Assembly (NCBI GenBank): GCA_051294375.1
Contig: CM119269.1
Location: 11,266,883 to 11,330,882 of the forward strand
Direction of reading: 5' to 3'
Length of the DNA stretch: 64,000 bases
Source: Paraspadella gotoi
Taxonomy: Eukaryota; Animalia; Chaetognatha
The translations under genes were made by a program, and so were the position numbers. The notes beneath the pieces are model-generated. The model had not been told where the DNA came from. It saw only the letters and a program-made list of their open reading frames with translations, and made no database searches. Of the stretch, positions 13,411-27,665 are shown one piece after another. Within the stretch, counting starts at the first letter, position 1. Each line of letters begins with the position of its first letter.

Positions 13411-14243
13411 CTGGGTCGGATTGAAAAGTAAATGGAAAGACGTGAAAAGGTCAAGTGTCAAAGCACGTCTTATTTCCTTTTTTCTTTGACCCTTGTCAAA
13501 ACAAAAAAATATTACATTTACATATTGCAGTAATAGTAATGATCTTTTAAGAGATGAACAAAATTCTTTTTTTAATACAAGATACATTTTTTCAAATGTT
13601 TTTGCATCTTAAAAATGTGTAATCATATCAAAATTTAATGTAGTGATGAGGCCGAGTTACCTCGACTCTCTCTCTCTTTTCCCTCAACGACCACATGACC
13701 TCAGACCTCCGGTCATTGGTCTCGTCGTCCCGGGCTTCAACGGGTTTCTTCCGTCGTGGCCGTAGCCACGAGAGACACAACCGTTTCAACCCTCGAACTA
13801 TTCACGTTACATTATTGTCTCTTTTCCTGTATTGAACATATTTGATATGTTTTCTCTCGCTTATAATACATGTGTCTGTCTCTCTACTCCTTATGTCGTG
13901 GTCTTTCACAGTGACATCATTCTGCGTATAAAATTAATAGAATTAATTAAAATACCGTTTGAATGAATTACTTTTTGAATAAATTAAAATACTTAAATCA
14001 ACTGGATGCATGTTAAACAATGTTGTCATGCCTTTAATTACGTATAACTCCTTCATTTTGTACTAAGTTAAATATTTATAACGGTCTGGTATATAAAGTT
14101 GGATTTCAGACTGATCGATTGCGGGAAAATACCATGGTCAAATTGACGCAAAAATAATTATTTAACTGTTGTATAAATCTTATAAAGGAATAATAGCAAC
14201 ATCCAATTCTTAATACGTCATGGCGCCGTTTAAAAAAACTGAC

Positions 14244-14319
14244 CTTCTCATGACAACGACGCAGATCGAAAAGGTAAGGATGCCCAGAAGACCGAGCATC
14301 AGGAGAACGAAAAGGTAAA
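14244..14319 (-). CDS. Cadherin gene exon encoding the transmembrane helix (FYLFVLLMLGLLGILTFSICVVVMR)
   Basis: Acceptor TTTTTCATTTCCAG|, donor |GTCAGT, phase 1 to 2, about 24 hydrophobic residues. Confidence 0.88.
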
Positions 14320-14444
14320 CTGGAAATGAAAAAAAAAAGACTTTACTCACTCCATGATTCGAATCCTCACCTACACTGTTTCTGAATGTTTCATTACTGT
14401 CAGTAGACTCAGTAATACTGAACGCCTCTCACGAAATGACTCAC

Positions 14445-14604
14445 AGTCGAGGCCGAGGATCTTGGTGGCGAGGATCCGACGGACGAACTGTCGGGGATTC
14501 TCGTGTCCCTCGCCGCGAGGGTCGTGCGACCACGTCTCCGAATCCCTCGTCCGCCCCCCGATTTGACTCCAAGAGTCCGCGATCGAAATGGAGATCGAAC
14601 TCTC
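14445..14604 (-). CDS. Cadherin gene exon (end of last EC-like domain and extracellular stalk: ESSISISIADSW...KILGLD)
   Basis: Acceptor TTTTTCCCATCAG|, donor |GTGAGT, phase 0 to 1. Confidence 0.82.
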
Positions 14605-14793
14605 CTGATGGGAAAAAAATGTAGTACATAATTATGAATAAATGTACAATTGTACAAACGATGCAAAAAATTCCATTATGTACTTGACGAGACTTTCAAT
14701 TCAAAACATTGCAAAGAATATTTTTATGTTAAATACTTATTTTCGTTGCCATAATAATAACGACATTTTTAACAATTTCCGAGTTGCGCTTAC

Positions 14794-14903
14794 CTTGCAC
14801 ATTGAGCCATCGCAGAGTTTGACGGGTAGAATATAATCTTTCAGAGGCACTTTGCGTTTTAATTTGAGCTGCAGCGATCCTCTCTTTCTCGGCTGGGCTT
14901 TGT
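14794..14903 (-). CDS. Cadherin gene exon (membrane-proximal EC: DKAQPRKRGSLQLKLKRKVPLKDYILPVKLCDGSMCK)
   Basis: Acceptor CCCTTCACAG|, donor |GTAAGC, phase 1 to 0. YILPVKLCDG resembles the Y-x-L-x-V-x-x-x-D-G strand of cadherin repeats. Confidence 0.8.
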
Positions 14904-16366
14904 CTGTGAAGGGAAAAAAATTATTGATATAATTCTCAATTTAGTTAACCGATTATTCAAATGTTTTTTTCGAGTCTCTATCGTTTGTCTCTAAAATTGC
15001 ACTATTTAACACTCGATAATATCCATAATAACTTATCAAATTATAGATTTCTTGCACGCCGGTTTGATTAAAGCCGGGACGGCGTCTTATATAAAACCGC
15101 GAGCTCATATCGCCCTCGTCGATCATAGCGCGGAGTGCAAAAAGTCGTTTTTGCGTCACCTCTTAGATTATTCACGAGAAATCCGAGCTCTTACTCCTTT
15201 GCTTAGTTCCGACGCTACTTCAGTGTTCCATCGGTTCCGGTTTAATGTTTAACCGCAAATTTTGTTTTTACTTCATTCCTTCCTCGTTTCATGTTTTTAT
15301 TGACCTTACGTTAGATTAAGTTCCACTTTTCTCAACTTTATTGTAACGCTCTATCGGTGGGTTCTGTTCGTTCTTCTTGGCACGTTAAAGTTACGTGTCC
15401 ACGTTCAAAGTGCTCATATCATAACCTGACGAATGATATCTCTCGTTCTCCCTCGCGTTCGTATTCTACCATCTCCCTTTCTGCCTTCGCCACTACCGCT
15501 TCCGGTCCACCTTTGACCGGGGAAAGCATAATCGGCGATAAATTCGGGTTTTCCGTGAAGTGAATCAGACATGGCGTCCACTTCGTGCCCGGCCTACATT
15601 GAGATTTATGCTTCTCGCGGAGCGACGACCATACCGTAAACAAACAGGGGAAAAGCCGGGGGTAATTTGGCTCCCCGTAATACGTCATGGTCGAATGAAG
15701 GAAAGGGGAGAGGTCGAAGGGGAGGGGACGAAGAGGGGAAAGGGGAGGGGACGAAGGGGAGAAAGGGGAGGGGACCAAGAGGGGAAAGGAGTTTAAGGGA
15801 AGGAGGTAAAGGCGTTTTCAGCTTATAATTAGGTTTGTTTAATTTGGAAAGTATAATTTATAATACATATATCGCTTAATAAAGTTATTTATATTGATAT
15901 AGTTAAAATAATTAAATATCGATGTAAAGCTCTTAAAAATTGTAGCTTTTTTGAATTAACAAATCGTAACAAAGATGGACTGACCGACCGAAAACAGCCT
16001 TTTAAAAGATAAAAGATAGTCAATACTTACGACGAAAGAAGTATTACGAGACTGTCCTAACTTGAGGCCGTTAAATGAAAAGGGGTGAAGGAAGAGAGAG
16101 GGCGGGACCTACGGAGAAAGGCCGAGTGCGCGATAGTGCTGAAGTGACGGCCACGATGCCCCGTAACACGAAAAGTGCATCGTCCGTGACCGAGGAGTCG
16201 CTCGTGTCAAACCCCCCGTCGTCGACGCCCCCATCGTCAACTCCTTCGTAATGGCCTCGACCACAATAAACGAGGGACTTTTTGTAACGAGGTCCCCTTA
16301 ATGCGAGGAAAATGACTTGTAGTCCCCGAAAAAGGAGTTACGCCAGAGAGAGAGAGAGAGAGGGAG

Positions 16367-16455
<89 letters not shown>

Positions 16456-16526
16456 GAGAGAGGAATGGAGCACTATGTAGAAGGGGAGAGGAACAGATGA
16501 TCAGTTTGTGTGTGAAAGATGGAAGA

Positions 16527-16609
<83 letters not shown>

Positions 16610-16879
16610 TAGAATAGCTCGTAGGCCCGGAATGGCAATGGTGCTGTGAGGGAGGGAACGAAGGAAGAGAAATGAAAGCTCGAAAAAAATAAAGTTTTAG
16701 AAAGAAAAGATGCTTAGCGAGAGAAAAAAAAATGTTGATAACGCAGAAAGAACGGTTCCATTTATCGGAAACGTAATGATACGAACGAAATTATGTGTCT
16801 TTCATAAAAAAAACATCTAATTTTTTTTCATTTGATAATACACTCGACATTGCCTCTCTTTGTTCTACTTGGAAACAGT

Positions 16880-17152
16880 CGGCTCTCTTTTCCAAGAGTG
16901 CCTCATTTCTGTTCCTTTATCCCAGAATTTAATTTTAATTTTAAAATTTACTCTGAATATATTTTAAATCTATAGACCAATCCTAACTCTAAACTTTTAT
17001 CCCTAATGATTTCTCTAACCTTTAACCTTAAACACTAGTCCTTAATTATTAACCAAGTCCCTAACCTTAATCATTAACCTAATCTTTAAATAAAAAAATT
17101 AAGTTAATTACGAATTTAGGACAAAATTAGGAGTTCTGGGAAAATAAAGCCG
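16880..17152. mobile_element. Small inverted-repeat element with degenerate CCCTAA-like interior
   Basis: Left CGGCTCTCTTTTCCAAGA and right TCTGGGAAAATAAAGCCG are imperfect inverted repeats. The interior is rich in CCTAAC/CCTTAA. Confidence 0.5.
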
Positions 17153-17976
17153 TTTTGTTTTGTGGTTTGTTCTCCTTTTTGACGTATTTTGAGCGTTTCT
17201 GAGCTACATTTTGTTTGCCTTTATCATTTGTTTCTAATTGTGCTTAATAATTGTGCTTAATAATTGTATGAAATTAATAAAATAAAATTCCCACAAAACC
17301 TAAAAAAAATAAACAAATTTAAAAATTTAAAAATATTTTTCTTCTTTTTAAATATTAGATATAGTATTAAACTGCGACGAGCTTCTCGCTATTACATAAA
17401 CGACGCAAACCATATTCCCACGCGACGTCTGATTAAGAACTCATTGCTTTCTTTATTCTATACAACACGATGACGACGACGACGACGACGACTACGACGA
17501 TGATGACGACGCCGACAACGTCATCCACGACGAGCGATCTGATCGAGACGACGAATAACGTGAGGCGATGAGAGATGATCGATTGGAAAAAAGCGGCGCC
17601 GAGAATGGAAGGCGACGCCGAGCGACGCCGACAAACTCGGGGCGGTGCCGGCGGAGATGAAAAGCAGCACGAACAGAAAAAAAAATGGCGCGAGAGAGAA
17701 GATAAACGAAGAGCGAACAGAGAATGGGCGGATTCGAACGACTGACGATGATGAAGATGATGACGACGATGACGATTGACGATGATGACGACGATGACGA
17801 TAATCCACCTTTGTGCCATTTGGCACGGACAATCCGGCTTTCGGGGAAATGTTACGATGAAATTTCCAGATTTCAGTAGACATATTTCTCGAGACCCGAA
17901 GTTAAATTGTCTTAATTGCTTCATCTATTCATGAAGATTGAAAGATTACTCATTTATCTCTAGTAGATATTTTTAA

Positions 17977-18240
17977 AACAAGTTTGAGCAAACAATGTCG
18001 GATCTGCCTACGATAATTAGTTGATTAATTAATTAATTAATTAATTAATCGATTAATTTATTAATTAATTAATTTTAATATGTAATAATTAATTTTAAAT
18101 TTATATTCAACTTATCATCATCGATGTCCTTAAAATTGGGTTAGGACAGTTATTAAATATGTTTTGTTTACATTTTATCAAAACAAACAAATATCCTCTA
18201 TTTTATTTTATGTCTCCTTCTCTCTCTCTCTCTCACTCTC

Positions 18241-18333
<93 letters not shown>

Positions 18334-18824
18334 ATGTAATTGCGACGATCTTTATGCTTTTACGATTCTTTTAACTTGCATCATTTTTTCACATTAATTA
18401 ATTAATTAATGTGAAATTTATTAGTAATCATTAATATTAAAGATTCAAGTAAATGTGGACTTATGTTTTTTCCATCTAAACTCATTTCCACTGGCACAAT
18501 TCCGTCAAAACTTTATATAATTATTATATATTAATAAATATTTAAAAGCTTCAGTGCAACACCCAATGAACTAATTCAAAAAGTTACATTGAAAATCGAT
18601 TTAGTAGTAAAAGGAAAAAAAAATTTTTAAAGAGAACTAGAAGTTATAAAAAATGTTCAATTTTGGCCCGCCTTACTAGATATATTGCATATGATTAAAC
18701 AATGTTATCGGAATAATATTTTTATCAATTTTATGTATTTTGTAAGTTTTTTAAGTATTTTTATTTCAGTGAGTAAAATAACAACTTTTTTATTTGCTAA
18801 TTTTAATCTCGGACTCTCTCTCTT

Positions 18825-18858
<34 letters not shown>

Positions 18859-18885
18859 TTGCATTTGCAACGATCCTTATGCTCA

Positions 18886-18964
<79 letters not shown>

Positions 18965-19009
18965 CTCTCTCTCTTTGCAATTGCGACGATCCTTATGCTC
19001 ATTTTTCTG

Positions 19010-19068
<59 letters not shown>

Positions 19069-20127
19069 TGCGACGATCCTTATGCTCATTTTTCTGCTCT
19101 CTCTCTCTCACTCTCTCTCTCTCTCTCTCTCTCTACACCGCTCACAAAATTTCATCTCAATCTATTATGGGTTAAAATAAGTAAAAAGATTCAAGTAAAT
19201 GTGACTCATATTTTTAATTTAAACTCATTTCCACTCGTACGTTTCCACCGAAACTTTATATCAAGCATCGTTACACATTTATCTACCCACACAAAAAATT
19301 TGAACTCAATCTATCCATCCAATTATGATTAATTAGAGTACTTATTGGTTAAAATAAGTAAAAATATTTTAGTAAATGCGACTTATATTTTTCCACTTAA
19401 ACTCATTTCCACTCACACGATTCCGTCGAAACTTTATATCCAGCTTTATCACACACTTTCCTACCCACACACAAAATTCCATTTCAATCCAACCAGCCAA
19501 TCACGAGTTATTGGAGCTTTTTGCTAAGGTGGAAGGATGGACGGATTGACTGATTAATTAATTATTGATTAATTAATTGACTAATTGATTAATTAACGGA
19601 TTAATTATTTGATTTATTAATACATCCTGCATTTACATTTAATATAAATAAAAAAAAAGCATAATCAATTAGTGAAACAGGTTTTTTGTTTTTTTTCCAT
19701 TTAAACTCATTTCCACTCAAAAGATTCCATCGAAACTTGGTTTCCTGTTCAATCACACACTTTTCTACTCACATACAAAATTCCAGGTCAATCGATATTA
19801 AGTGTAATAAGCTTACTTGTGTCAACTTGTATAATTTTGTCAACTGACATAATTTGGTTAACTGACATAATTTGGTCTACTGACATAATTTGGTCAACTG
19901 ACATAATTTGATCAATCAAGATAATTTGGTCAACGCGCATAATTTGCGTCAACTGCATAATTTTATCAACTGGCCTAATTTGGTCAACTGGCATAATTTG
20001 GTCAACAGGCATAATTGGTCAAACTTGCAAACTTGATCAACTTGCAGAATTTGTTCAACTGGCATAAATTTGGTCAACTTTAAGAATTTGGTCAACTGGC
20101 ATATTTTTGTCAATTTGCATAATTTGG

Positions 20128-20184
<57 letters not shown>

Positions 20185-20989
20185 TCAAATCAGAATAGAG
20201 GAATAGAGAGAGAGAAACTTTAAAAAAATTCAAATAAATGTGTCTTTTGGTTTTCTAATTTAACTCTTTTCCACTCCTATGATTCCATCAAAAAATTTAT
20301 ATCCAATACATACATATCCAATACATACTTTCCTACCCACACACAAAATTCAATTTCGATTTATCTATCCAATTTTTAATAAACATAATAATTATGAGTA
20401 AATTTAAGTAAAAATACTTCAAGTAAATATAACTTTTGTTTTTTCCATTTTAACTCATTTCCACTCGCACGATTCCATCGAAACTTTATATCCAGCTCAA
20501 TCACACACTTTACTACCATTATACAAAATTTCAAGTCAATTGCCCTATCCACTCATGAGCAATTGGCGTTCAAATAGTGAAATATATTTTTTTGTTTTTT
20601 CTCTTTAAACCCATTTCCACTCGCACGATTCCCTCGAAACTTCATATCCATCTCAACCACACTGTTTCCTACCCACACACAAAATCCATCCATCCAATCA
20701 CGAGTAATTGGAGTTTTTTGCTAAGGTTGGACGGACGGACGGACGACGGACGGACGGACGGACGGACGGAACGGACGGACGGACGGACGGACGGACGGAC
20801 GGACAGGACGAGACAGACAGACAGACAGACAGACGGACGGACGGACATCATTTTTTTTTGCATAATTTATCATAATTCGATGTTCTGACATGATATAAGT
20901 GTGTGCCGACAATATGAGGGGGCGGACCGACGGACCGACAAAGTGAGTTATAGAGTCGGGATCTGCTGATAAGCAGATCCGACTAAAAA
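17977..20989 (-). mobile_element. 3-kb Helentron-associated (DINE-1/HINE-like) element expanded by internal tandem repeats
   Basis: 11-bp subterminal IR GTCGGATCTGC (17997-18007) / GCAGATCCGAC (20973-20983). AACAAG terminus with small stem-loop GTTTG-AG-CAAAC, terminal hairpin plus A run at the other end, (GGAC/AGAC)n at 20730-20845, and about 7 internal ~170-190-bp subrepeats (AAACTCATTTCCACTCGCACGATTCCATCGAAAC). Confidence 0.7.
19821..20130. repeat. 18-bp minisatellite (GTCAACTGACATAATTTG)n followed by (ATCA)n
   Basis: About 17 tandem units. Explains the spurious 6-aa periodic ORFs (VDQIMS). Confidence 0.9.
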
Positions 20990-21241
20990 TGATACAAATA
21001 AAAAATATATCAAACTGTTGTGTTCAGTTTAGTTTAGTTTAGTTTAGCCCACTAAGCGCCTTATCCACTTTAGTTTACTTTAACTTTAGTTTAATTTAGT
21101 TTAGTTTTAGCCGTCGCATGAAAAACCCGAAAGAAGTAAAACGAAAAGCTTTAAAGAAAAGGTTGTGAACCGCGAAGATTTTAATGTTCTTAAAGAGTGA
21201 AAGGATATTAAAGAAAATGGAAAAAAAAATTGATGAGAGCG

Positions 21242-21354
<113 letters not shown>

Positions 21355-21709
21355 GAGAGAGAAAGAAAGAAAGAGAGAGAGAGAGAGTGCCAAACGTGCC
21401 CGAGACGATTTTTGATAAAAAATGGAAATTGGAATCTGCGTGAATCTTGGTTTTAAAGCGCGCGGAAAAATGGGGAATGATGAGAAAATGAATGAGTGTA
21501 AATGTTCCCCTGTTTCCTCCCACTCGGCGTCGTCGGCGTTGTTGTCGCTCTCGGCGTTGTCATCGTCGTTTTCTTCGTCATCATCGTCGTCGTCAGCTTC
21601 CATATATCATTCCAATCATCATAGTGAGGGCGTGCCTTTGATCAGAAAAAGATTGAAAACTGAGGAGAGCGTGGAAAGAGTGGATGGAAACAAAAAAGGA
21701 AAGTAATTA

Positions 21710-21730
21710 AGAAAGAAAGAAAGACAGAAA

Positions 21731-21764
<34 letters not shown>

Positions 21765-21768
21765 CATA

Positions 21769-21848
<80 letters not shown>

Positions 21849-21850
21849 AA
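21710..21850. repeat. (AAAG)n microsatellite
   Basis: Direct observation. Similar tract at 43195-43432. Confidence 0.95.
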
Positions 21851-24312
21851 ATTAATGTATCCGGCGGGCCATGCCCCTTTTTCACTCCGGTCAAACGACC
21901 CCAGTCTCGCCCTACCCCAACCTTACCCACCGCACTGCCGTCTCTAAAACCGCAGCTGCCTTCCCAGCCCTCGTCTTGGAATAACGAGTCCATGACTGCT
22001 TTTTATCTTTTCCAAATTCCTTCTTAATCCAGATTCATGGCTCCTTATAATCCTCCGCCCAGTGGAGGGAGCAAGGGATAAAGGTGTTTAGTAAGCGAAA
22101 CCCTTATTTGGATCGAACCACCTTCCTCCCGTTGGCCTTAATCGATCCTCGTCTCCACAAAGCGTCACTCTCGGATTCCTCACGCCCAGACCAACTATGT
22201 TCACACCTCTTGAACAGGAGCGACTCACCTCGCCACTTTCTCATCCGCCGAGCGGCATCAACGTCAGCCGCAGCAGGACCACCGGCACCGGCTGGAACGG
22301 CAGCACCGGCAGCAGCGGCGACAGCATTAGAAAACAAGACAGTTACGACCGGGAAAAAAATGTAATGAAACCACTAGCAGCTATTATGATATTTATCAAA
22401 ATATAACGTTAATCATGTCATTACCAGATAGTAAGCGTTTAATGCCACTAAGGTTTTCCTTGAAACATTAACTCCTCATAGCGCGAGCTTCATCACTGCG
22501 AAATCCGACGCAAATAAAGAACTAACTTTTTTCGTTATTCTCTTCATTTCCTAACTTAATTCAATCCTGATCTTTCGCTTTCTCTCGTATTTTTTCTTTG
22601 CCCGTCTCCTTGGTCTCCTTATGATTCCCTGCTTGCACGTATTGCAACAATTCCATCTTATCGCCTTTCCGCTTTCTCACCTATCTGCCTTTCCTTCTCC
22701 CTGAATCGTGTCCCACGCTTTCCTCGGGCTCACCTCTTTTCCACGAAGGGCAAAACTTTTAAAGAATTTCTTCCTGTGATTCAAAATCTGAAAACGCTGC
22801 GGGCGGTCAACTTTGTCGGGTTTTCGGCGCTCAAACCCCTGGATTTGAACTGATCAATAGGAATAATAATCTGAATCAAATATCTGGGATTTTGACGCGA
22901 AGTTGACTTGAATTTTTGAATTTGGCTTTTATTTGTTTAAAGTCACGACATTACCGACGAAGCTATAGTAATTCATACCCGGAAACTAGTCCGCCATTGA
23001 CGTCGGAGGTAGCACGCTCTCCTCCCGAGTCGTAGGACTCGGGTCAGCCCCCTGGTGCTTTAAAATAAAGCCGGACGGGACTTCCATTCCCCAGTTGCGG
23101 CGCCTTAGATCCTCATATCCTCAGATCCGATGTCATAAGACTTTTAAGCAATGGTTTAACCTCACGAGCCATCTCCTTCGGTACCGAGTGATTTACTTAT
23201 GAAAAACAAAATATCCTTCTTTCTACTTTGAAGTCGACCTTTTAGCGAAAGGAATTTTCTCACAGACGAAATTGCTTTATTCCGCTGATGTGTGTCAAGT
23301 TTTTCCCGAGACTTCGCGCGAAGGCGAAATCCCTCGGCGCCGTCAGTTTATCCTTTTTCTTTATTGAAGAGCGAAGCTGAGATGGAAAAGATTAGGCATT
23401 TTGACGAACTTTTATAAAACGCCAAAGGGACTTACTGTTGCGGAACTTTCTTTTTGAGTTAGAGTTCTACGTAGTACGTACTACTATTACGTACAACGGA
23501 TTTTATTTTGACGCGACAGGAATTAAAATATCAAAAATACAATTGTGAAAATCAATTTAAAGCTTCAACTCCCGCTTCAGGTTCCTCGTGTAATCTAAAA
23601 TCTACAAAGAATATTTCTCTCCCCCCATTTCCCCTTTCCCATATTAAAACCCGTTCGCACGCCCCCGCCTTCCCCCCCCCTCCTCGGCCGACCAAAATGT
23701 CCGGAGTCGGGAGCCATCTTTAACGTTGGCCTTTTCAGCCTTTGATTGATTGTCATTTTCGATCTGGGGTCGCGTGTGGTCCGGATATTCGTGAAGAATC
23801 TCTTCCGCCCCCCGCCCAACTCCCCACCCCCGGCCCATTTCCTATTCTGTCGCGGTCTCCCCCACTTCCCGCCTTTCTCTTTTATACTTTTTTTTGGTTG
23901 GAATCGTCAGTTTCTCGCCTTTATTCTTCCGGGTCGCAGAATCGCACCCAATGCCTCTCACCTTCCCACCTTCCCTCCCCCAGCGAAAAATATATTCGCT
24001 TTCTCCTTTCTCTTGCTTACCATTCTATTTTTTTTTCTTTCTCTGCTCTCAGAATTTTTCGCTTAATTCCATTTCTTCTTTCCAATTCCTCCTCTCTTCG
24101 TAATAATCTTTTTTCCCTTTTTTTTTCTCTCTCTCTTTTTCCTTTTTCTTTTTTTTTTCCTCCATCGCCATATCTTCTCCCCCCCACGTCTCCCAAACGA
24201 AACGAGATTTCAACGAGTCGCCATCAAGATCATGGTCAGCCATTTTTTCCAAATAAATTGCTCTCACCAAAAAATCCACCCTTCCCGGCTGAACCCAGGG
24301 AGTGGGGTAGGG

Positions 24313-24367
<55 letters not shown>

Positions 24368-25939
24368 GAATGGAAGATTACTTTTAGGCGCGCACACGTT
24401 TTAAACAATATTCATCCACTGGAGCGCTAAAAAAAAAAAAGGTTCGTCGATGAATTAATTGAAAACCTGAAATGAAATATAGCAAAATTAATAATTTCGA
24501 TTAATGTCCAAGCCTTTGTCACCAGCCAAACGTCGACGACGACAATGATGACGTTTCCTGCAGGTCGCAAGATGGCGTCTCCGTCAGACTTTAGGGGAAT
24601 TCGGGTTAAGAGTCGCCATCTAAACGGCGAAAGAAAACAATCGGCGGAAACAAAAGGGTTGTTAAGAATTGACTGCGACTATAAAGGAAAAACATTAAGC
24701 CGGATTGACGTCACTTTCCAACTTCAACTTCAAGTTAGAACGAAACCTTTTTTTTTGGCAAAGTGACTCCGACGCATTTTAAGAAGAAAAATCCGAGAAG
24801 GTTTTTGAAATATTCATATGTATTTATATTGTGATTATTATTATTATTATTTTTATAATTTTTTTTAATTTATGAAATTATTCTAATCATTCGCTTTAAT
24901 CAAAATAATAAAATAAAGTAATAATAAAAAACAAACTTCTAATACAAAATAGTAACAGAGATTAGATGAGAAATGATCACGTCGCCACCAGATCTAATTT
25001 CGGCCGTGTGTCTCGACGTAGTTGTTGTACGTACTTGTCGCAAATGCGTACGTATGCAAATGGACATCAGTCGAGTGTTTACATTTTACAAAAAGCTTTT
25101 TCGGACTTTCGCTGAAAACGCTGTTTTATTTCTTCTTTTTTTTTCTCGTTTGTTTTGGCCTCGTTCTCTCTATGCCTTTTTCTCCTCCTCTCCCCATATC
25201 CAATAATCTCGCCCTCCTTTCACCTCTTTCCTCTTTTCACGGAAAAAAATATGTAAATTGGATGTAAAAAGTGTTTTGTCCTTCGCGGCCGAAAGAATTT
25301 CAGATGGAATCGTATCTTCAAGTTTAACCAAAAAAAAAAAAAAAAAACTGTGAGAAATACTACGGAGGCGGATTAGCTTTAAAACGGTTTTTTTTCTTTA
25401 AATTTGAATTAATTAATGAGTGATTTCCGATCTTGACTTAATATTCCATCTGCTGCTTAAAAAAATCAATCGGTTAACAGATGTTTGAAGAAATTTATCG
25501 AGCAGAATCTAATCTGGCGCCGTATTCTTTGGAAGGCGTTTCGAAATTCATTTCGTTTCTTTTAAGATTCTACTCCATCGAAAATCGGGTAGATGGGGTG
25601 TGACAGGAGCAAACCCCCAATACGAGGCTAACTTCACGACTTGCCCAATTCGCATGCTCTTATCGCAAAGTTCATCATCTCTCTGCCAATTAAATGCCAC
25701 GGGAACGAACGAATTTCCTCACTGTTGGAAGTGACATCTTTGTGCTCTAGTGATTTTCGACGTAAATAACTCGGGTTTTATATTCTTTTGTTTTTGATTA
25801 GTTAATGTTAATCGATGGAGTTGAAAGCTGAAACGTATTTTTTATACAACAATTTATTGTTATTTATCGGTTTTTGATTTTTATTATCTGGATACTGGAT
25901 AGTTATTTGCACCTGCGTCTATGGCAAGAAAAAAACGAT

Positions 25940-25991
<52 letters not shown>

Positions 25992-26133
25992 ACTAAGACC
26001 ACGACCAAGAGACAGAAAGACAAAAAAACCGTTATAACAGAGAAATATACAGAACAGAAAAGAGTAAGAGTAAAAAACTTATTCCAAGTTCCAATGGTCT
26101 TCCTTGTCTTTGCAGTTTTTTTCTGTATAGGAG

Positions 26134-26228
<95 letters not shown>

Positions 26229-27549
26229 GATTATGGATCGTCGGGAAAAGGAGAGAAGGAAGAAAAAAAACCGGCGAGGAAAAGGCGTTTGATTAAAGGG
26301 AATCCAATTCACTTTATTTATTGAAAGAAGGCGCCCAGCAAACAGCGCGACGCTGGATTCTGCGTCTTCGCAACCAGCGCTGCAGCAAACAGCGCCGCTG
26401 AAGACAGCGCCGCAGTAGAACCAAGCGAGAGAGAGAAGGAAAGAAAGGGAGAGAAGAATGAATGAAAAAGTGGAAAGCGAGAACGTGGATTTTCAAGTAA
26501 CAATCGAACATTCGGAAACGAAATGAACGGAAATCAACGAAGAAAAAATTTTCAAAAAAGTCGTCGAATTTAATAATAGGTTCACAGCTGGCAGTAACAA
26601 CATCGTCACTTTATAGACAGTTTATAACAATTATTGTATATTATTTTATTTTTTTGTTGAGAAATACCTTTCGTTCATCTCTTTTTCGTAATAGGGCAGA
26701 GTTGAACTTGTACTACAAGTAGTAGTAAGGAAAACAACAAAACTAAATCGCCTTTGATTAATAATACATACAAACTTTTAATATCACATATCATTCTATT
26801 CAAGGCGTTCATTTAATTTTTTTAAGTATAAAGTAGACAAATTTATTTCTTTTTTAATGTTAAGTTTGCCTATATTTCTTTGTTTTACATTGCCTAAATG
26901 TATTTTCTTTACCCCGTTTCACTGTTTTATCTTTTATCAAATTGAGCTCGTTATAACAACACTAGCAACTTCTATTTAAAACTTTTAATTTCTAGATTCG
27001 AGCCAGGAGATTTTCTGAAATATTAAAATTTAAAAAAAAAAGTTAAAGAAAATGTAACGAAAAGAAAAACAAGAAAAGAAAAGAAATTGAAAGCATAAAG
27101 AGGAAAAAAAGGAAAGAAGAGAAAAATGAAAAGAGCAGCGGCCTGGCAAAAACGGGAAATTAGACTCGGACGCCGCGGGGCGAAACGTCGAGGAAAATTA
27201 GCGTCACGCGAGAGACGCGCCCCCTTTCGCCCGAGATGATTTTACTTTTCACTCAATCGCGAGAAAAAAATCAATTATCGGAAAAAAAAAGTCGACGATC
27301 GTTGGATAGAATTGAGGTCAGGCCGGTCATGGCGTTCCGATTCCTTTGAAAACGTGGATCGGGCCATTTCGATAAAAAGTTTTATAAAACGAGTATAAAT
27401 TCACGGTCACATAAATACTTAAGTGCCGGCATAAAACCTTGAGTTACCGGCAGAAAAGCGAAAAAAGAACAAATGTAAAATTTTAAGTAAACGATGTCAA
27501 TAAAGGAGCACTTTTTTCTCGTATAACGTAACGTTTATTATCATCATCA

Positions 27550-27555
27550 TTATTA

Positions 27556-27646
<91 letters not shown>

Positions 27647-27665
27647 TATTATTATTTATTATTAT
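27550..27665. repeat. (TTA)n microsatellite
   Basis: Direct observation. Confidence 0.95.

Noticed and set aside
13639-13919. Possible solo LTR (TG...CA, TGATG/CATCA ends) in a cadherin intron
   Set aside because: No target-site duplication for any end choice and no second copy in the window.
19821-20130. Regular short repeats as a possible CRISPR array or repeat protein
   Set aside because: Contiguous 18-bp units without unique spacers, inside a eukaryotic transposon, with no cas genes.
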